Source: Candidatus Obscuribacteraceae bacterium (GTDB lineage: Bacteria > Cyanobacteriota > Vampirovibrionia > Obscuribacterales > Obscuribacteraceae). From it: 64,000 nt of DNA. The notes beneath the pieces are model-generated. The model was given only the letters and a program-made list of their open reading frames with translations. It was not told the origin of the DNA and searched no databases. The translations under genes and the position numbers were made by a program. This document shows positions 31,747-41,523 of this stretch, in pieces (positions within the stretch are counted from its first letter, which is position 1; every line of letters starts with the position of its first letter). Location of the stretch: NCBI GenBank assembly GCA_044229845.1, contig JBGASG010000010.1:64001-128000 (forward strand). The letters are read 5' to 3'.

Positions 31747-31837
31747 GCTTGCGGCGCCGGACCATCCGCTTAAAACATAGAACCGTTTCAAATGTGAAAC
31801 AATGGCAGCCTGCGATCCCGAATCTCGGTGAGGAATT

Positions 31838-32830
31838 ATGCTGCTCGTTACCGGTGCTGCAGGCTATGTCGCCAGTCATGTTTTGCGCACGTATATCTCG
31901 GAAAACTCAACAGAAGAAATCGTCGCTCTGGATGACCTTTCCGAAGGACACAAGCAGGCGATTCCGCAGTCGCCGCGCGTGCATTTTGAGGAAGGCAACC
32001 TAGGTGACGCCGCTGCCCTCAACGACCTTTTCACGCGCTACAAGCCGACAGGGGTCATGCACTTTGGTGCTTCAGCTTATGTCGGTGTTTCGGAAAACGA
32101 GCCTTTCAAGTATTACCAGAACAATGTCGTCAACTTCGTCAACTTGACTCAGGTCATGGATGCGCACAATGTGCGGCGTATTGTTTTCTCTTCCAGTTGC
32201 GCAGTCTACGGCGATCCGCAAACAGTGCCGGTCGACGAAAACCATCCTCTGAAGCCGGTGAGCGTCTACGGACAGACGAAATACATGAACGAGATCATGT
32301 TGCAGTCGCTGGCCCGCACCCGCGGATTGTCCTCGGTCAGCCTGCGGTACTTCAATGCTGCCGGCGCCGACGAATCAGGTGAAATCGGTGAACGGCATGA
32401 CCCGGAAACTCATCTGATCCCTCTGGTGCTCAAAGTCGCCAAGGCACGCCGCGGTCACATCGACGTGTATGGTACTGACTACCCGACTCGTGACGGCTCG
32501 TGCATACGCGACTATATTCACGTCACGGATCTGGCGCGTGCTCATATAGCGGCCCTTCAGCTCCTGGAGGGAGCAGGGGACGAAACCATCTGCCAGTTCA
32601 TCAACCTGGGCACCGCAAATGGTGCATCGGTGCTGGAGGTGATCGACGTCTGCCGCAAAGTGACCGGCTTCGACATTCCCGCCAACCTGCAGCCGCGCCG
32701 CCCGGGGGACGCTGCCGTGATTTACGCCAACAACGACAAGGCGGCTCGGTTGCTTAACTGGACGCCGCAATACAGCCTGGAGCGCATTGTCGAAACTGCC
32801 TGGAAATGGGAGCAGCATGGTAAATTCTAG
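31838..32830 (+). CDS. galE: UDP-glucose 4-epimerase
   Basis: LVTGAAGYVASH, FSSSCAVYG, YGQTK, LRYFNAAGA, CIRDYIHV. Confidence 0.93.
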   Translation: MLLVTGAAGYVASHVLRTYISENSTEEIVALDDLSEGHKQAIPQSPRVHFEEGNLGDAAALNDLFTRYKPTGVMHFGASAYVGVSENEPFKYYQNNVVNFVNLTQVMDAHNVRRIVFSSSCAVYGDPQTVPVDENHPLKPVSVYGQTKYMNEIMLQSLARTRGLSSVSLRYFNAAGADESGEIGERHDPETHLIPLVLKVAKARRGHIDVYGTDYPTRDGSCIRDYIHVTDLARAHIAALQLLEGAGDETICQFINLGTANGASVLEVIDVCRKVTGFDIPANLQPRRPGDAAVIYANNDKAARLLNWTPQYSLERIVETAWKWEQHGKF

Positions 32831-32832
32831 GT

Positions 32833-33960
32833 ATGCAAGAAGTTGACGTTCTCATTGTTGGCGCCGGGCCGGTCGGTTGCGTCATTGCTGAGCGCGTCGC
32901 CAACGAGCTTGATCTCCTTGTCCTGATCGTCGAGCAACGAAATCATGTCGCGGGCAACACCTACGATCGCACGCACGAATCCGGGGTGATGATCCATCAG
33001 TACGGTCCGCACTATTTCCGCAGCGACAGCGAGTCTTTGATTCAGTACCTGTCGAAGTGGACCGAATGGCATCCGGGCAACTACGTCGTCAAGGTCTTCA
33101 CGCGCGGCGAGCTGTTTCCCTTTCCGATCAATCTCGATACGCTCGAACAATTCTTCGGGCGAAAGTTCACCTCAGAAGAAGCTCAAGAGCACTTGGAGCA
33201 GATTCGCGCGAAGATCGAAGACCCGAAAAACTCAGAAGAGTTCGTGTTGTCGCGCGTCGGACGCGAACTGTACGAGGCGTTTTACTACGGCTATACATGT
33301 AAGCAATGGGGTCAAACTCCCGCCGAGCTCAATCCTTCTGTATGCGGACGCATTCCAATCAGGTTCAATCGCGACAATCGGTATGTGAACCAGAAGTTTC
33401 AGCAGATGCCCGCGCGCGGCTACACGGCACTGTTCACCAATATGATCGAGCATCCCAAAATCGAGGTCATGCTCAACACAAGCTATCGCGACATCAAAGA
33501 CAAAATCAAACCGCGGTTTGCCACCGTGTATTGTGGACCTCTGGACGACTATTTCAATTACCAACTGGGCTCGCTGCCGTGGCGCAGTCTGGACTTCGAC
33601 TTCAAAAACTACGACCAGGAGTTCAAACAACCCTGCGTGCAGATCAACTATCCAAACGATCACGAATACACGCGGTCGGTGGAAATCAAGCACGTGACCG
33701 CCCAGCAGGCACCAAATACAGTGGTGTCCTACGAATACTCCAAAGCCACCGGCGATCCCTATTATCCGGTGCCCGACATTCAGAATCAAAAACTGCTGTC
33801 CCGCTATCGCGAGTTGGCCGAGGGTGAGAAGAAAAACAACGTATACTTTGTGGGGCGGCTTGCCGAGTATCGTTATCTGAACACGGACGAAGCCATCGAG
33901 CGAGCGCTTTCTGTATACGCGGAAATTCGGAACCAGATCAAGTGTCAGAACTCTGCGTAG
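32833..33960 (+). CDS. glf: UDP-galactopyranose mutase
   Basis: GAGPVG FAD motif, HQYGPHYF, YTCKQWG, PYYP, GRLAEYRY. Confidence 0.93.
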   Translation: MQEVDVLIVGAGPVGCVIAERVANELDLLVLIVEQRNHVAGNTYDRTHESGVMIHQYGPHYFRSDSESLIQYLSKWTEWHPGNYVVKVFTRGELFPFPINLDTLEQFFGRKFTSEEAQEHLEQIRAKIEDPKNSEEFVLSRVGRELYEAFYYGYTCKQWGQTPAELNPSVCGRIPIRFNRDNRYVNQKFQQMPARGYTALFTNMIEHPKIEVMLNTSYRDIKDKIKPRFATVYCGPLDDYFNYQLGSLPWRSLDFDFKNYDQEFKQPCVQINYPNDHEYTRSVEIKHVTAQQAPNTVVSYEYSKATGDPYYPVPDIQNQKLLSRYRELAEGEKKNNVYFVGRLAEYRYLNTDEAIERALSVYAEIRNQIKCQNSA

Positions 33961-34694
33961 TGATGCCGGTTTTCAACGAGGAGCGAGCCATCCGCGGAGC
34001 GGTTCTGGAGTGGCTGACCGAGTTGCGCCGCCTGCAGATAGATTTCCGCTTTCTAGTATTGAACGATGGCTCCACCGACGGCACTCTCCAGGAAGTAAGC
34101 GGTCTCTCCGGCGGCGAGCCGGAACTGGAGGTACTCGACAAACCCAACACCGGGCATGCCGACAGCTGCATGCGCGGTTATCGGCAGGCGATCGAAAATG
34201 GCGACCTGTGGATTCTCCAGATCGATTCGGATGGGCAGTGCGATCCTAAGTACTTCGCGGAAGTCTGGCGGCAACGCGATGAAAAAATTGCTGTCCAGGG
34301 ATTTCGCGTCTCACGCGAGGATGGTTTCATTCGGCTTTTGATGTCTCGCGTGCTGAGCGTTTGCCTCTATCTTGCGTCGGGCGGTACGTATGTGCGCGAC
34401 CTCAACGTTCCTTATCGACTCATGCATCGCAGCACGCTCAAACAGGCCGTAGTACTGGTGCCTGAACGGTTTCCTCTCTCGAACATTCTGCTCTCCTACA
34501 TTTACGAAAAATATTTCGGCATTCGCTGGGTCGATATCAACTTTCGCGACCGCTGGTTTGGTTCGTCGAAGACCAATCTGCCGAAAACCGCTCAGATAGC
34601 CATCCAATTTTTCGACGAGTTCAGCAAAGTCAAACCGCAAATCGAGGCACAGCGGCGGGCGGCTGCCATTGAACAACAACAACGGCAAGAGTAA
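33942..34694 (+). CDS. GT2 glycosyltransferase
   Basis: VVMPVFNEE, LNDGSTDGT, IDSDGQ. Confidence 0.88.
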   Translation: MSELCVVMPVFNEERAIRGAVLEWLTELRRLQIDFRFLVLNDGSTDGTLQEVSGLSGGEPELEVLDKPNTGHADSCMRGYRQAIENGDLWILQIDSDGQCDPKYFAEVWRQRDEKIAVQGFRVSREDGFIRLLMSRVLSVCLYLASGGTYVRDLNVPYRLMHRSTLKQAVVLVPERFPLSNILLSYIYEKYFGIRWVDINFRDRWFGSSKTNLPKTAQIAIQFFDEFSKVKPQIEAQRRAAAIEQQQRQE

Positions 34695-35197
34695 TGGTTA
34701 AGTGCGATCACAGTGATACCAGACTCAGTTGCGTCGATTGCTCGCAGCCGGTCTGTCCCGGCTGCATGGTGCAGTGCGCCGTCGGTCAGCGCTGCCCCAA
34801 GTGCACCGGCAAGTTCACCAGCCATGTGGCTAAATCTGCAAAGTTTTCGCTGGCCAAAACTTTGCTCTTCAGTTTTGCTTCCGGATTCGGCCTCTGTTGT
34901 CTGTCCATGATGCTCAGCGCGGTGATGGGTTTGCTCAGCTGTTTCAACCTGGTCATCGTCGGCTTTTTCGGTGTCATGCTCGGGCAAAAAATCAATCAGA
35001 CGGTGGGTTTGGGCAACGCACGCAAATACATGCCCTGGGTGGGAGCAGCTTGCGCAGCCGGCGTACTGGTGCATCCGGTTGGCTGGGCGATGGTCTTCTC
35101 ACTGATGATGGGCGACCTGTCAATCATCGCTGCAGCATGGCTGGCGCCTGTTTTGATTGTGCTGACCGTGATGGCGCCGATTATTTCCGATTCGTAG
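34694..35197 (+). CDS. Zinc-finger (B-box-like) membrane protein
   Basis: CxH..CxxC...CxxC...CxxC N-terminus plus ~4 TM helices; TAATG overlap with the GT2 gene. Confidence 0.7.
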   Translation: MVKCDHSDTRLSCVDCSQPVCPGCMVQCAVGQRCPKCTGKFTSHVAKSAKFSLAKTLLFSFASGFGLCCLSMMLSAVMGLLSCFNLVIVGFFGVMLGQKINQTVGLGNARKYMPWVGAACAAGVLVHPVGWAMVFSLMMGDLSIIAAAWLAPVLIVLTVMAPIISDS

Positions 35198-35430
35198 AAT
35201 AGAGTCGCAGAGGGCGATTCGTCGATTCCGGTCGATGAGAGACAGCCCTTCCTACTATCGATGCTGGGCCTCATATCGGTCGTTGGTTGGGCGATTTGGG
35301 GATCGGTCCTAAATTAAGCTTCGCTCAACGGGAGATCGGAGGGCACCAACCACAAGCTATCCTACGCGGAAACGCGTTGACCTGGTCCGCGGATGGAAGT
35401 GTAGATCAGCCTTTGACAACGAGGGGTTTT

Positions 35431-36780
35431 ATGACAGCCGGGAAGCAGAAAAAGAACGTAATCATCATGGGTGCCGCCGGACGGGACTTTCATGACTTCA
35501 ACGTGTTCTGGAAAAACGAGCCCAACTGCAACGTTGTGGCATTCACCGCCGCTCAGATTCCGGACATCGCCGGAAGAACTTATCCAGCTCAATTAGCTGG
35601 GCCTAACTATCCGAAGGGTATTGCCATCGAGGACGAGGCGAACATCGCCAAGCTGATCAAACAGCACGAAGTCGACGAATGCGTGCTCGCTTATTCCGAC
35701 TTGAATCATAAGGACGTCATGCACAAAGCTGCTGCCGTCAACGCTGCCGGCGCCGCCTTCAAAATGCTGGGCTGGCAACAGACCATGATTCCTTCCCAAA
35801 AACCAGTGATTGCCATTTGCGCAGTGCGCACCGGCTGCGGCAAAAGCCAGACAACCCGCAAAGTCTGCGAATACCTGAAAGCAGCCGGCCTGCGCGTGGC
35901 GGTCGTGCGTCACCCGATGCCCTACGGCGATTTGACGAAACAAATCTGTCAGCGCTTCGCCACTCTCGAAGACCTCGATAAGCATGAGTGCACCATCGAA
36001 GAGCGCGAAGAATACGAACCACATATCGTGGCCGGCAACCTGCTGTTCGCTGGTATCGATTACGGTGCCATTCTGGAAGCCGCAGAAAAAGAAGCCGACG
36101 TGATCGTCTGGGACGGCGGCAATAACGATCTGCCGTTTTTCAAACCGAGCCTGCACATCGTGGTCACCGACCCGCATCGTCCGGGACACGAGATGTCCTA
36201 CTATCCGGGCGAAACCAACCTGCGCATGGCCGACATAATTGTCATCAACAAAGTCGACACCGCATCAATCGACAATATCGCTATCGTCGAAGCCAACATT
36301 CGCGCCGTTAACCCGAATGCGAAAGTCGTGAAAGCCGAATCGCAAATCACGGTTGCCGATCCCGAACTGGTCAAAGGCAGTCGCGTGCTCGTCGTCGAAG
36401 ACGGACCGACATTGACTCACGGAGAAATGGCTTTCGGCGCCGGCTACGTCGCCGCCAAGCGCGGCGGTGCTTCGGAAATCGTGGACCCGCGTCCGACCGC
36501 AGTCGGTTCAATAAAAGATACGTTCGAGCACTATCGCCACATCACCGAGATTTTGCCGGCGATGGGCTATGGCGAAAAACAAATGTCAGAGCTGGAGAAA
36601 ACGATCAACTCGACGCCCTGCGATCTGGTCTTGATCGGCACTCCGATTGACTTGTCTCGCCTGCTGAAAATCAACAAGCCGACGACTCGCGTCACTTATG
36701 ACCTGGTCGAACAAGACTCGGATCACCTGCGCAAGATGATTGAAAAAGTTACTTCGAAGAAAGAGGCGTGTGCAAAATGA
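35431..36780 (+). CDS. COG2403 P-loop protein (annotated GTPase / cyclic 2,3-diphosphoglycerate synthetase-like); probable arginine synthetase ArcE homolog
   Basis: GAAGRDFHDFN, AFTAAQIP, AVRTGCGKS P-loop, RHPMPYG, TIEEREEYE, WDGGNND, EDGPTLTHG; GAGGGG RBS before ATG 35431. Confidence 0.8.
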   Translation: MTAGKQKKNVIIMGAAGRDFHDFNVFWKNEPNCNVVAFTAAQIPDIAGRTYPAQLAGPNYPKGIAIEDEANIAKLIKQHEVDECVLAYSDLNHKDVMHKAAAVNAAGAAFKMLGWQQTMIPSQKPVIAICAVRTGCGKSQTTRKVCEYLKAAGLRVAVVRHPMPYGDLTKQICQRFATLEDLDKHECTIEEREEYEPHIVAGNLLFAGIDYGAILEAAEKEADVIVWDGGNNDLPFFKPSLHIVVTDPHRPGHEMSYYPGETNLRMADIIVINKVDTASIDNIAIVEANIRAVNPNAKVVKAESQITVADPELVKGSRVLVVEDGPTLTHGEMAFGAGYVAAKRGGASEIVDPRPTAVGSIKDTFEHYRHITEILPAMGYGEKQMSELEKTINSTPCDLVLIGTPIDLSRLLKINKPTTRVTYDLVEQDSDHLRKMIEKVTSKKEACAK

Positions 36781-37688
36781 ATTCCACAATGAATAAATCC
36801 ATCGTATACGACCGCGCGGATCAACTGCCGCAGAACTTCCTCGCCTCTTGCCGCAAAATGCCGTTGCCCACCACCATGCTCATGTGCCGCCCGGAAAACT
36901 TCGACGTAGTCGATGTGAAAAATCCGCACATGGAAGGCAACATCGGCAATGTCGACAAAGGCAAAGCCGTTTCTCAATGGGATGCGGTGCGCGAAGCGTT
37001 TCTTCAATCAGAAGCGCAAGTCGAACTGATCGAGCCGGTACCGGACTGCGAAGACATGGTGTTCTGCGCCAATCAAACCTTCGTTGGACTGGATGCCGAC
37101 GGCAAGAAACTTTGCGTGCTCAGTCAGATGAAACACGCATCCCGTCAAAGAGAAGTGGCAGCTTTCGGAAAGTGGTTCGGCGAGCGCGGCTATCGCGTGG
37201 AGAATCTGCCCGGGCAGATCGGCTTCGAAGGATCGGGCGATGCCATCTGGCATCCAGGCAGAGCACTGGTCTGGGGCGGCAGCGGCTTCCGCACCGAGAG
37301 TGAAGTCTATCCGCACATCAGCTCGTTCTTCGGCGTTCCCGTCATTCGCTTGCCGCTTAAATCCGATCGCTTCTATCACCTCGATACGTGCTTCTGCGCA
37401 ATCGACGAAGAGACCGTATTGATCAATCCGCGCTCACTCACCGAAGAGGGAGTGGCGATGATCCGTGCCGTGTTCAAGAACGTCATCGAGTGTGATGAGC
37501 AGGAAGCCAACGAAGGCATGGCTTGCAATGCCACCGCCATCGGCGCCAAGCATGTGTCAATCCAGAAAGGCAACGACAAGACGGTTGCGGCTCTGCAGAA
37601 GCTCGGCTACAAGGTGATCGAAGTCGACACTTCGGAATATCTGAAATCGGGCGGCAGCGTCTTCTGCATGAAGATGTACGTGTTCTAG
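36777..37688 (+). CDS. Guanidino-modifying (pentein) hydrolase, ArgZ N-domain / arginine dihydrolase-like
   Basis: LMCRPENFDV..KNPHMEGN, DMVFCAN, FEGSGD, YHLDTC, C-terminal GGSVFC (catalytic Cys); ATGA overlap at 36777-36780. Confidence 0.8.
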   Translation: MNSTMNKSIVYDRADQLPQNFLASCRKMPLPTTMLMCRPENFDVVDVKNPHMEGNIGNVDKGKAVSQWDAVREAFLQSEAQVELIEPVPDCEDMVFCANQTFVGLDADGKKLCVLSQMKHASRQREVAAFGKWFGERGYRVENLPGQIGFEGSGDAIWHPGRALVWGGSGFRTESEVYPHISSFFGVPVIRLPLKSDRFYHLDTCFCAIDEETVLINPRSLTEEGVAMIRAVFKNVIECDEQEANEGMACNATAIGAKHVSIQKGNDKTVAALQKLGYKVIEVDTSEYLKSGGSVFCMKMYVF

Positions 37689-37694
37689 AGTTTT

Positions 37695-37875
37695 TCAGAG
37701 CCGGGATGCCGGTTCGAGAAACTACGCAAACTAGCAGCTTAAGAAACAGGCACGGCATCAATTGCGGTGCCTGTTTCGTCACAGACGTAAATTAAACGTC
37801 ACAGAAGCAGGTGCGTTCGGACGCCGATTTACCAATCACTAACTAAAGTTTTCATGTAGGCAGAACGGCTCAGAC
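37695..37875 (-). ncRNA. ssrS: Probable 6S RNA (long rod-like hairpin with internal bubble)
   Basis: ~180 nt. End-to-end pairing on minus strand: GAGCCG/CGGCTC, TGCC/GGCA, GAAAACT/AGTTTCT, CGGCGTC/GATGCCG, CCTGCTTC/GAAACAGG. G-U pairs favour the minus strand; region is intergenic. Confidence 0.55.
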
Positions 37876-38125
37876 CCACCTCTCCGATGCCTTTTGCAAA
37901 GTTGAACGGCACACGACTCAGCCGCGGGAACCGCGTGCCCGGCAGGCTTGGAACTGCAGCAAATGTATTGAACCGATACGTTTCGCGGCACGGAAATGCC
38001 CCTGGTGTATAATCTGCCTCAGCTTTTGTCTCACTTTTGTTGTGCTCCCTGCTGGGGCCGATCATTTGTTCCGATGGTAGAGGCCCAGGCCAGTCAGAGT
38101 CTCAAGAAGAAGGGAGGAAGAAATA

Positions 38126-38500
38126 ATGGAGGTAAAGCCAGTGTTTCGTCCACTAGTCAGAATCGCATTCCTTGCCCGCGCAACTTTCGAAGTCGGTCGC
38201 GAACGCGTTGAAGACGCGATCGATGCCCTCACCGCTCGCGCCAGCGAAGCCAAATCCACCGGCGAAGAAAGACTGCACGAAGGGCAGGACAAAGTAAAAC
38301 AAGTCGCCAGCGAACTCTACCAACAAGTTTGGCAGCGTTCCGAAGTGCTGGAAAGCCAGGTGCGTGAAAAACTGAAACGCCAAGTTGCAGATTTCTCGCT
38401 CGGCGCTCTCGGCGATGCCACTGAAATCAACGAGCTTCGTGCTGAGCTAGCCACTCTGCGCGCCGAACTCAACGACCTCAAAGGCAAAGCAACAGCCTAA
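38126..38500 (+). CDS. Coiled-coil protein, Sll1769-like / phasin-like
   Basis: AFLARA..EV..ERVEDA N-terminus and INELRAELATLRAEL C-terminus; GGAGG upstream; lies before an ABC1 kinase. Confidence 0.65.
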   Translation: MEVKPVFRPLVRIAFLARATFEVGRERVEDAIDALTARASEAKSTGEERLHEGQDKVKQVASELYQQVWQRSEVLESQVREKLKRQVADFSLGALGDATEINELRAELATLRAELNDLKGKATA

Positions 38501-38520
38501 GCACGGCTTCAAAGAATTAC

Positions 38521-38550
38521 AAGGCGACACTCCACAGTGTCGCCTTTTTT
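38521..38550 (+). terminator. Intrinsic terminator
   Basis: AAGGCGACAC-tccaca-GTGTCGCCTT then TTTT. Confidence 0.85.
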
Positions 38551-38757
38551 CTGGCCTCAGCTCGCAACATCGAAGTCAAGCGGCGCCCGCAAGCAAAGCC
38601 CTCTCCCTGTCCCAAGAACTGAATTGATATCACTTCAGTTTTTGGTTGGCGCCGGCAGATGAAATCACTTTCTGTAGCGAGGAATTTGTCAAGCGGGCCG
38701 GTCGGTGCTCTATTTGACTTATACTTCTAGTTGTCATTGTCGATGTTTCCTGCACAA

Positions 38758-40683
38758 ATGACCCAGTCTTTGAGTAAGCCATCACCTGATGTGGCGTCCG
38801 ATGCAAAAGGTGCGCCGTATGCTTCGCCGCCACCGTTGCCTGGCGGGCTGTCGCTCAAAGAGGTCTACGACCCCGCCAAAGCTGATGCGGCAGTGCACCT
38901 GCCCACACTCTTGTTCGACGAGCGGTTCTGGGAGCTGGCGACGACACTGGCGCGATTTTTCGTGGTTTCGTTTCTTTCAGTCGTCCTGCCCGACAAGCGG
39001 CTGACCGCCGAACAAAGGCGGCGCGAGAAAGCTGAGCGCATCAAAGATTTGCTGATCGAACTGGGTCCGACTTTCATCAAACTCGGACAGTTTCTTTCGG
39101 TGCGCCGCGATGTGCTGCCGGAAGAAGTGGCGGATGAACTGAAGTGTCTGCAAGACAAAGTGCCGCCGTTCAATTTGCAGTTGGTGCGCAAGACAATTCT
39201 CTCCGACCTGGGACAAGCACCGGAAGAGCTTTTCTCCGATTTCAGCGAGAAACCGCTCGCTTCCGCCAGCATCGGACAGGTACACCTGGTGAAACTCAAA
39301 GATGGTCGGCGCGCCGTCATCAAAGTGCAGCGCCCCGATCTGGCTACGGAGTTTTATCGCGACCTGGGTCTGATGCGGCTTTTCGCGCGCGCCGGCAATT
39401 GGGTGACGTCGCAGGGTCGACGTTTTTCTACCATCTTCAAAGGCGTGCGCACTTCCAATCGACTGTTGCGCCGGCGCCAACTCAACTTCGACGCCTGGAT
39501 CGAACTGTCGCATGAATTCGGGCGCACGCTGTTTGCCGAAATTGATTATTTGCAAGAAGGACGCAACGCGGATCGTCTGCGCAAAATTCTGCACAAGCAC
39601 GCCAACATCCGCATTCCGCGGGTGATCTGGAAGTACACTGGCCGGCGAGTACTGGCGCTGGAATATATTCCGGGCGTAAAAATCGATCGTGTCGATGAGC
39701 TGAAAGCGCAGGGCTTCAACCTCGAAGAACTGGGCAACATGCTGATCAACTGCTATCTGGAGCAGTTCATTCTCACCGGTTTCTTTCACGCCGATCCGCA
39801 TGCCGGCAACCTGGCGATTGATCCATACGGCAATCTGATCATTTACGACTTCGGCATGATGGGCGAGATTACCGAAGAGCAAAGGCGCGGCATGTCGGCG
39901 CTCGTGCATGCCACCGTCAAGAAAGACCCGCAGGAAATTGCCAACCAACTGGTGAAACTGGGGATTGTGATTCCGGACGCCGATCTGGAAGCACTGGCCC
40001 GTGCGGTGCAGCCTTTCATCGACTATTACGGCGGGCAAGGTCTGATGGAGCTCGACTTCACTCACCTCGAGCAGGACATCGAAAACCTGATTACAAAACG
40101 CAGTTTCCGCCTGCCACCAAGCCTTGCATATCTGTTGCGGGCCGGCAGCACCCTGGAGGGCATCGCACGTACCCTCAAGCCCGACTTCAGCTTTATCGCC
40201 GCAGTGCAGCCAGTTATACGCAAATGGGCGCTTTCGGACGGGCTCAGTTATCTGGCCCGCGAAGGCAAATTGTTGGCATTCGCCAACCTGGCCCTGGAAG
40301 AATTGCGCTCAAAAGACGGCGGCGCCAAGCGCAAAAAGACAGCCGAATCGGCTACTTTGCCCGCAATTGTCGAAAGCACGGCTTTGAACACCGGTGCATA
40401 TTCGGACGCTCAGCCCTGCAAATCCTGCACAGATCACAATTCAAGAGCAAATAGTCTGAGGAAAACGCTGATAACAAGCATCAAATTGGGGTATGGTTAC
40501 GTAGCAGTTTCTACCGCAGGATTGGTATTTTTGGGGGCTACAGGCTCGCAAAGCCATTTACAACCGATCTTATGTTTATTGATAGGAAATTCTGTTTTAG
40601 GGGCAATAATAATTAGGAAATTGCACCAGGCAATGACGTACGTTCCTGATTCAGCCGGGGATAAGAAGGGCAATTGCAAATGA
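38758..40683 (+). CDS. ABC1/AarF/UbiB-family atypical kinase (start uncertain)
   Basis: LGPTFIKLGQFLS, LQDKVPPF, ASASIGQVH, IKVQRP, FFHADPHAGN, YDFGMMG; two C-terminal TMs. Confidence 0.93.
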   Translation: MTQSLSKPSPDVASDAKGAPYASPPPLPGGLSLKEVYDPAKADAAVHLPTLLFDERFWELATTLARFFVVSFLSVVLPDKRLTAEQRRREKAERIKDLLIELGPTFIKLGQFLSVRRDVLPEEVADELKCLQDKVPPFNLQLVRKTILSDLGQAPEELFSDFSEKPLASASIGQVHLVKLKDGRRAVIKVQRPDLATEFYRDLGLMRLFARAGNWVTSQGRRFSTIFKGVRTSNRLLRRRQLNFDAWIELSHEFGRTLFAEIDYLQEGRNADRLRKILHKHANIRIPRVIWKYTGRRVLALEYIPGVKIDRVDELKAQGFNLEELGNMLINCYLEQFILTGFFHADPHAGNLAIDPYGNLIIYDFGMMGEITEEQRRGMSALVHATVKKDPQEIANQLVKLGIVIPDADLEALARAVQPFIDYYGGQGLMELDFTHLEQDIENLITKRSFRLPPSLAYLLRAGSTLEGIARTLKPDFSFIAAVQPVIRKWALSDGLSYLAREGKLLAFANLALEELRSKDGGAKRKKTAESATLPAIVESTALNTGAYSDAQPCKSCTDHNSRANSLRKTLITSIKLGYGYVAVSTAGLVFLGATGSQSHLQPILCLLIGNSVLGAIIIRKLHQAMTYVPDSAGDKKGNCK

Positions 40684-41441
40684 CAACATTGAAATGGCGT
40701 GTGGCTGCGAAAACAGACCCAGGCTGCCAGCGCCAGAAGAACGAGGACAACTACTTCGTTAGTCCTGACAATCGTGTGTTCGCTGTTGCGGACGGCATGG
40801 GCGGCGCCCTTGGCGGCGCACGCGCATCGAAACTGACCGTTGAGGCAATTGAAGCCCTTTGGAAAGAAAATCCCCCCTCTTCCGCCGACCGTGACGCCAT
40901 CAGACAGTGGCTGGTAGACGCCGTCACCGCCGCTAATCGCTCGGTATTTACCGTCGCTGAACAAGACTCCAGCGTCCGCGGCATGGGCACGACCGTAGTG
41001 GTCGCCGTACAATCCGATGACAATCACCTCCACATCGCCCACGTAGGCGATTCCAGAGCCTATCTGGTGCGCGAAGGGAAGCCGGTATTGTTGACTCAAG
41101 ACCATTCAGTCGTGCAAGAAATGGTCAGAGCCGGCCGCCTTACCGAAGAGCAGGCCAGAATCAATCCTTACAAAAACTTAATAACTCGCTGCCTCGGGCA
41201 TGACGACAAGGTGGAAATCGACCAGACGCCTGTCGAACTTAAACCCGAGGACTGGATCGTGCTCTGCACGGACGGACTGCCGACCGTCCTGCGCGACGAG
41301 CAAATCGGTGAAGTGGTGGAAGGCGTTACCGAGCCGGAATCCGCTTGCGACGAACTGGTAAAACACACAATAGACGGCGGTGCCCCAGACAACGTGACGG
41401 TAGTTGCCGTTCGTTACGAGTCAGACAACGGACAGGGCTGA
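40680..41441 (+). CDS. PP2C-type Ser/Thr phosphatase (PphA/Stp1-like)
   Basis: NED, VADGMGG, GMGTT, HVGDSRAY, TQDHS, CTDGL, DNVT; ATGA overlap with the kinase. Confidence 0.93.
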   Translation: MTTLKWRVAAKTDPGCQRQKNEDNYFVSPDNRVFAVADGMGGALGGARASKLTVEAIEALWKENPPSSADRDAIRQWLVDAVTAANRSVFTVAEQDSSVRGMGTTVVVAVQSDDNHLHIAHVGDSRAYLVREGKPVLLTQDHSVVQEMVRAGRLTEEQARINPYKNLITRCLGHDDKVEIDQTPVELKPEDWIVLCTDGLPTVLRDEQIGEVVEGVTEPESACDELVKHTIDGGAPDNVTVVAVRYESDNGQG

Positions 41442-41523
41442 GCGCCCGACTTCAGCCGGCAGCCACGTTGATCTCGTGGCAGGCTGGCACCAGGCAAGCC
41501 CCAATGTGGATTGCGACTGATAA

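Noticed and set aside
35198..35430. Guanidine or other riboswitch upstream of the ArcE-like gene, and the 48-codon N-terminal extension from 35287
   Set aside because: No guanidine-I/II/III consensus recognised; family similarity and RBS point to ATG 35431.
37829..38065. 78-aa minus-strand ORF next to the 6S-like RNA
   Set aside because: No RBS or motifs; overlaps the structured RNA candidate.
40440..40680. AT-rich patch at the end of the ABC1 kinase as a possible foreign insert
   Set aside because: Stays in frame and encodes the expected C-terminal TM helices; no flanking repeats.
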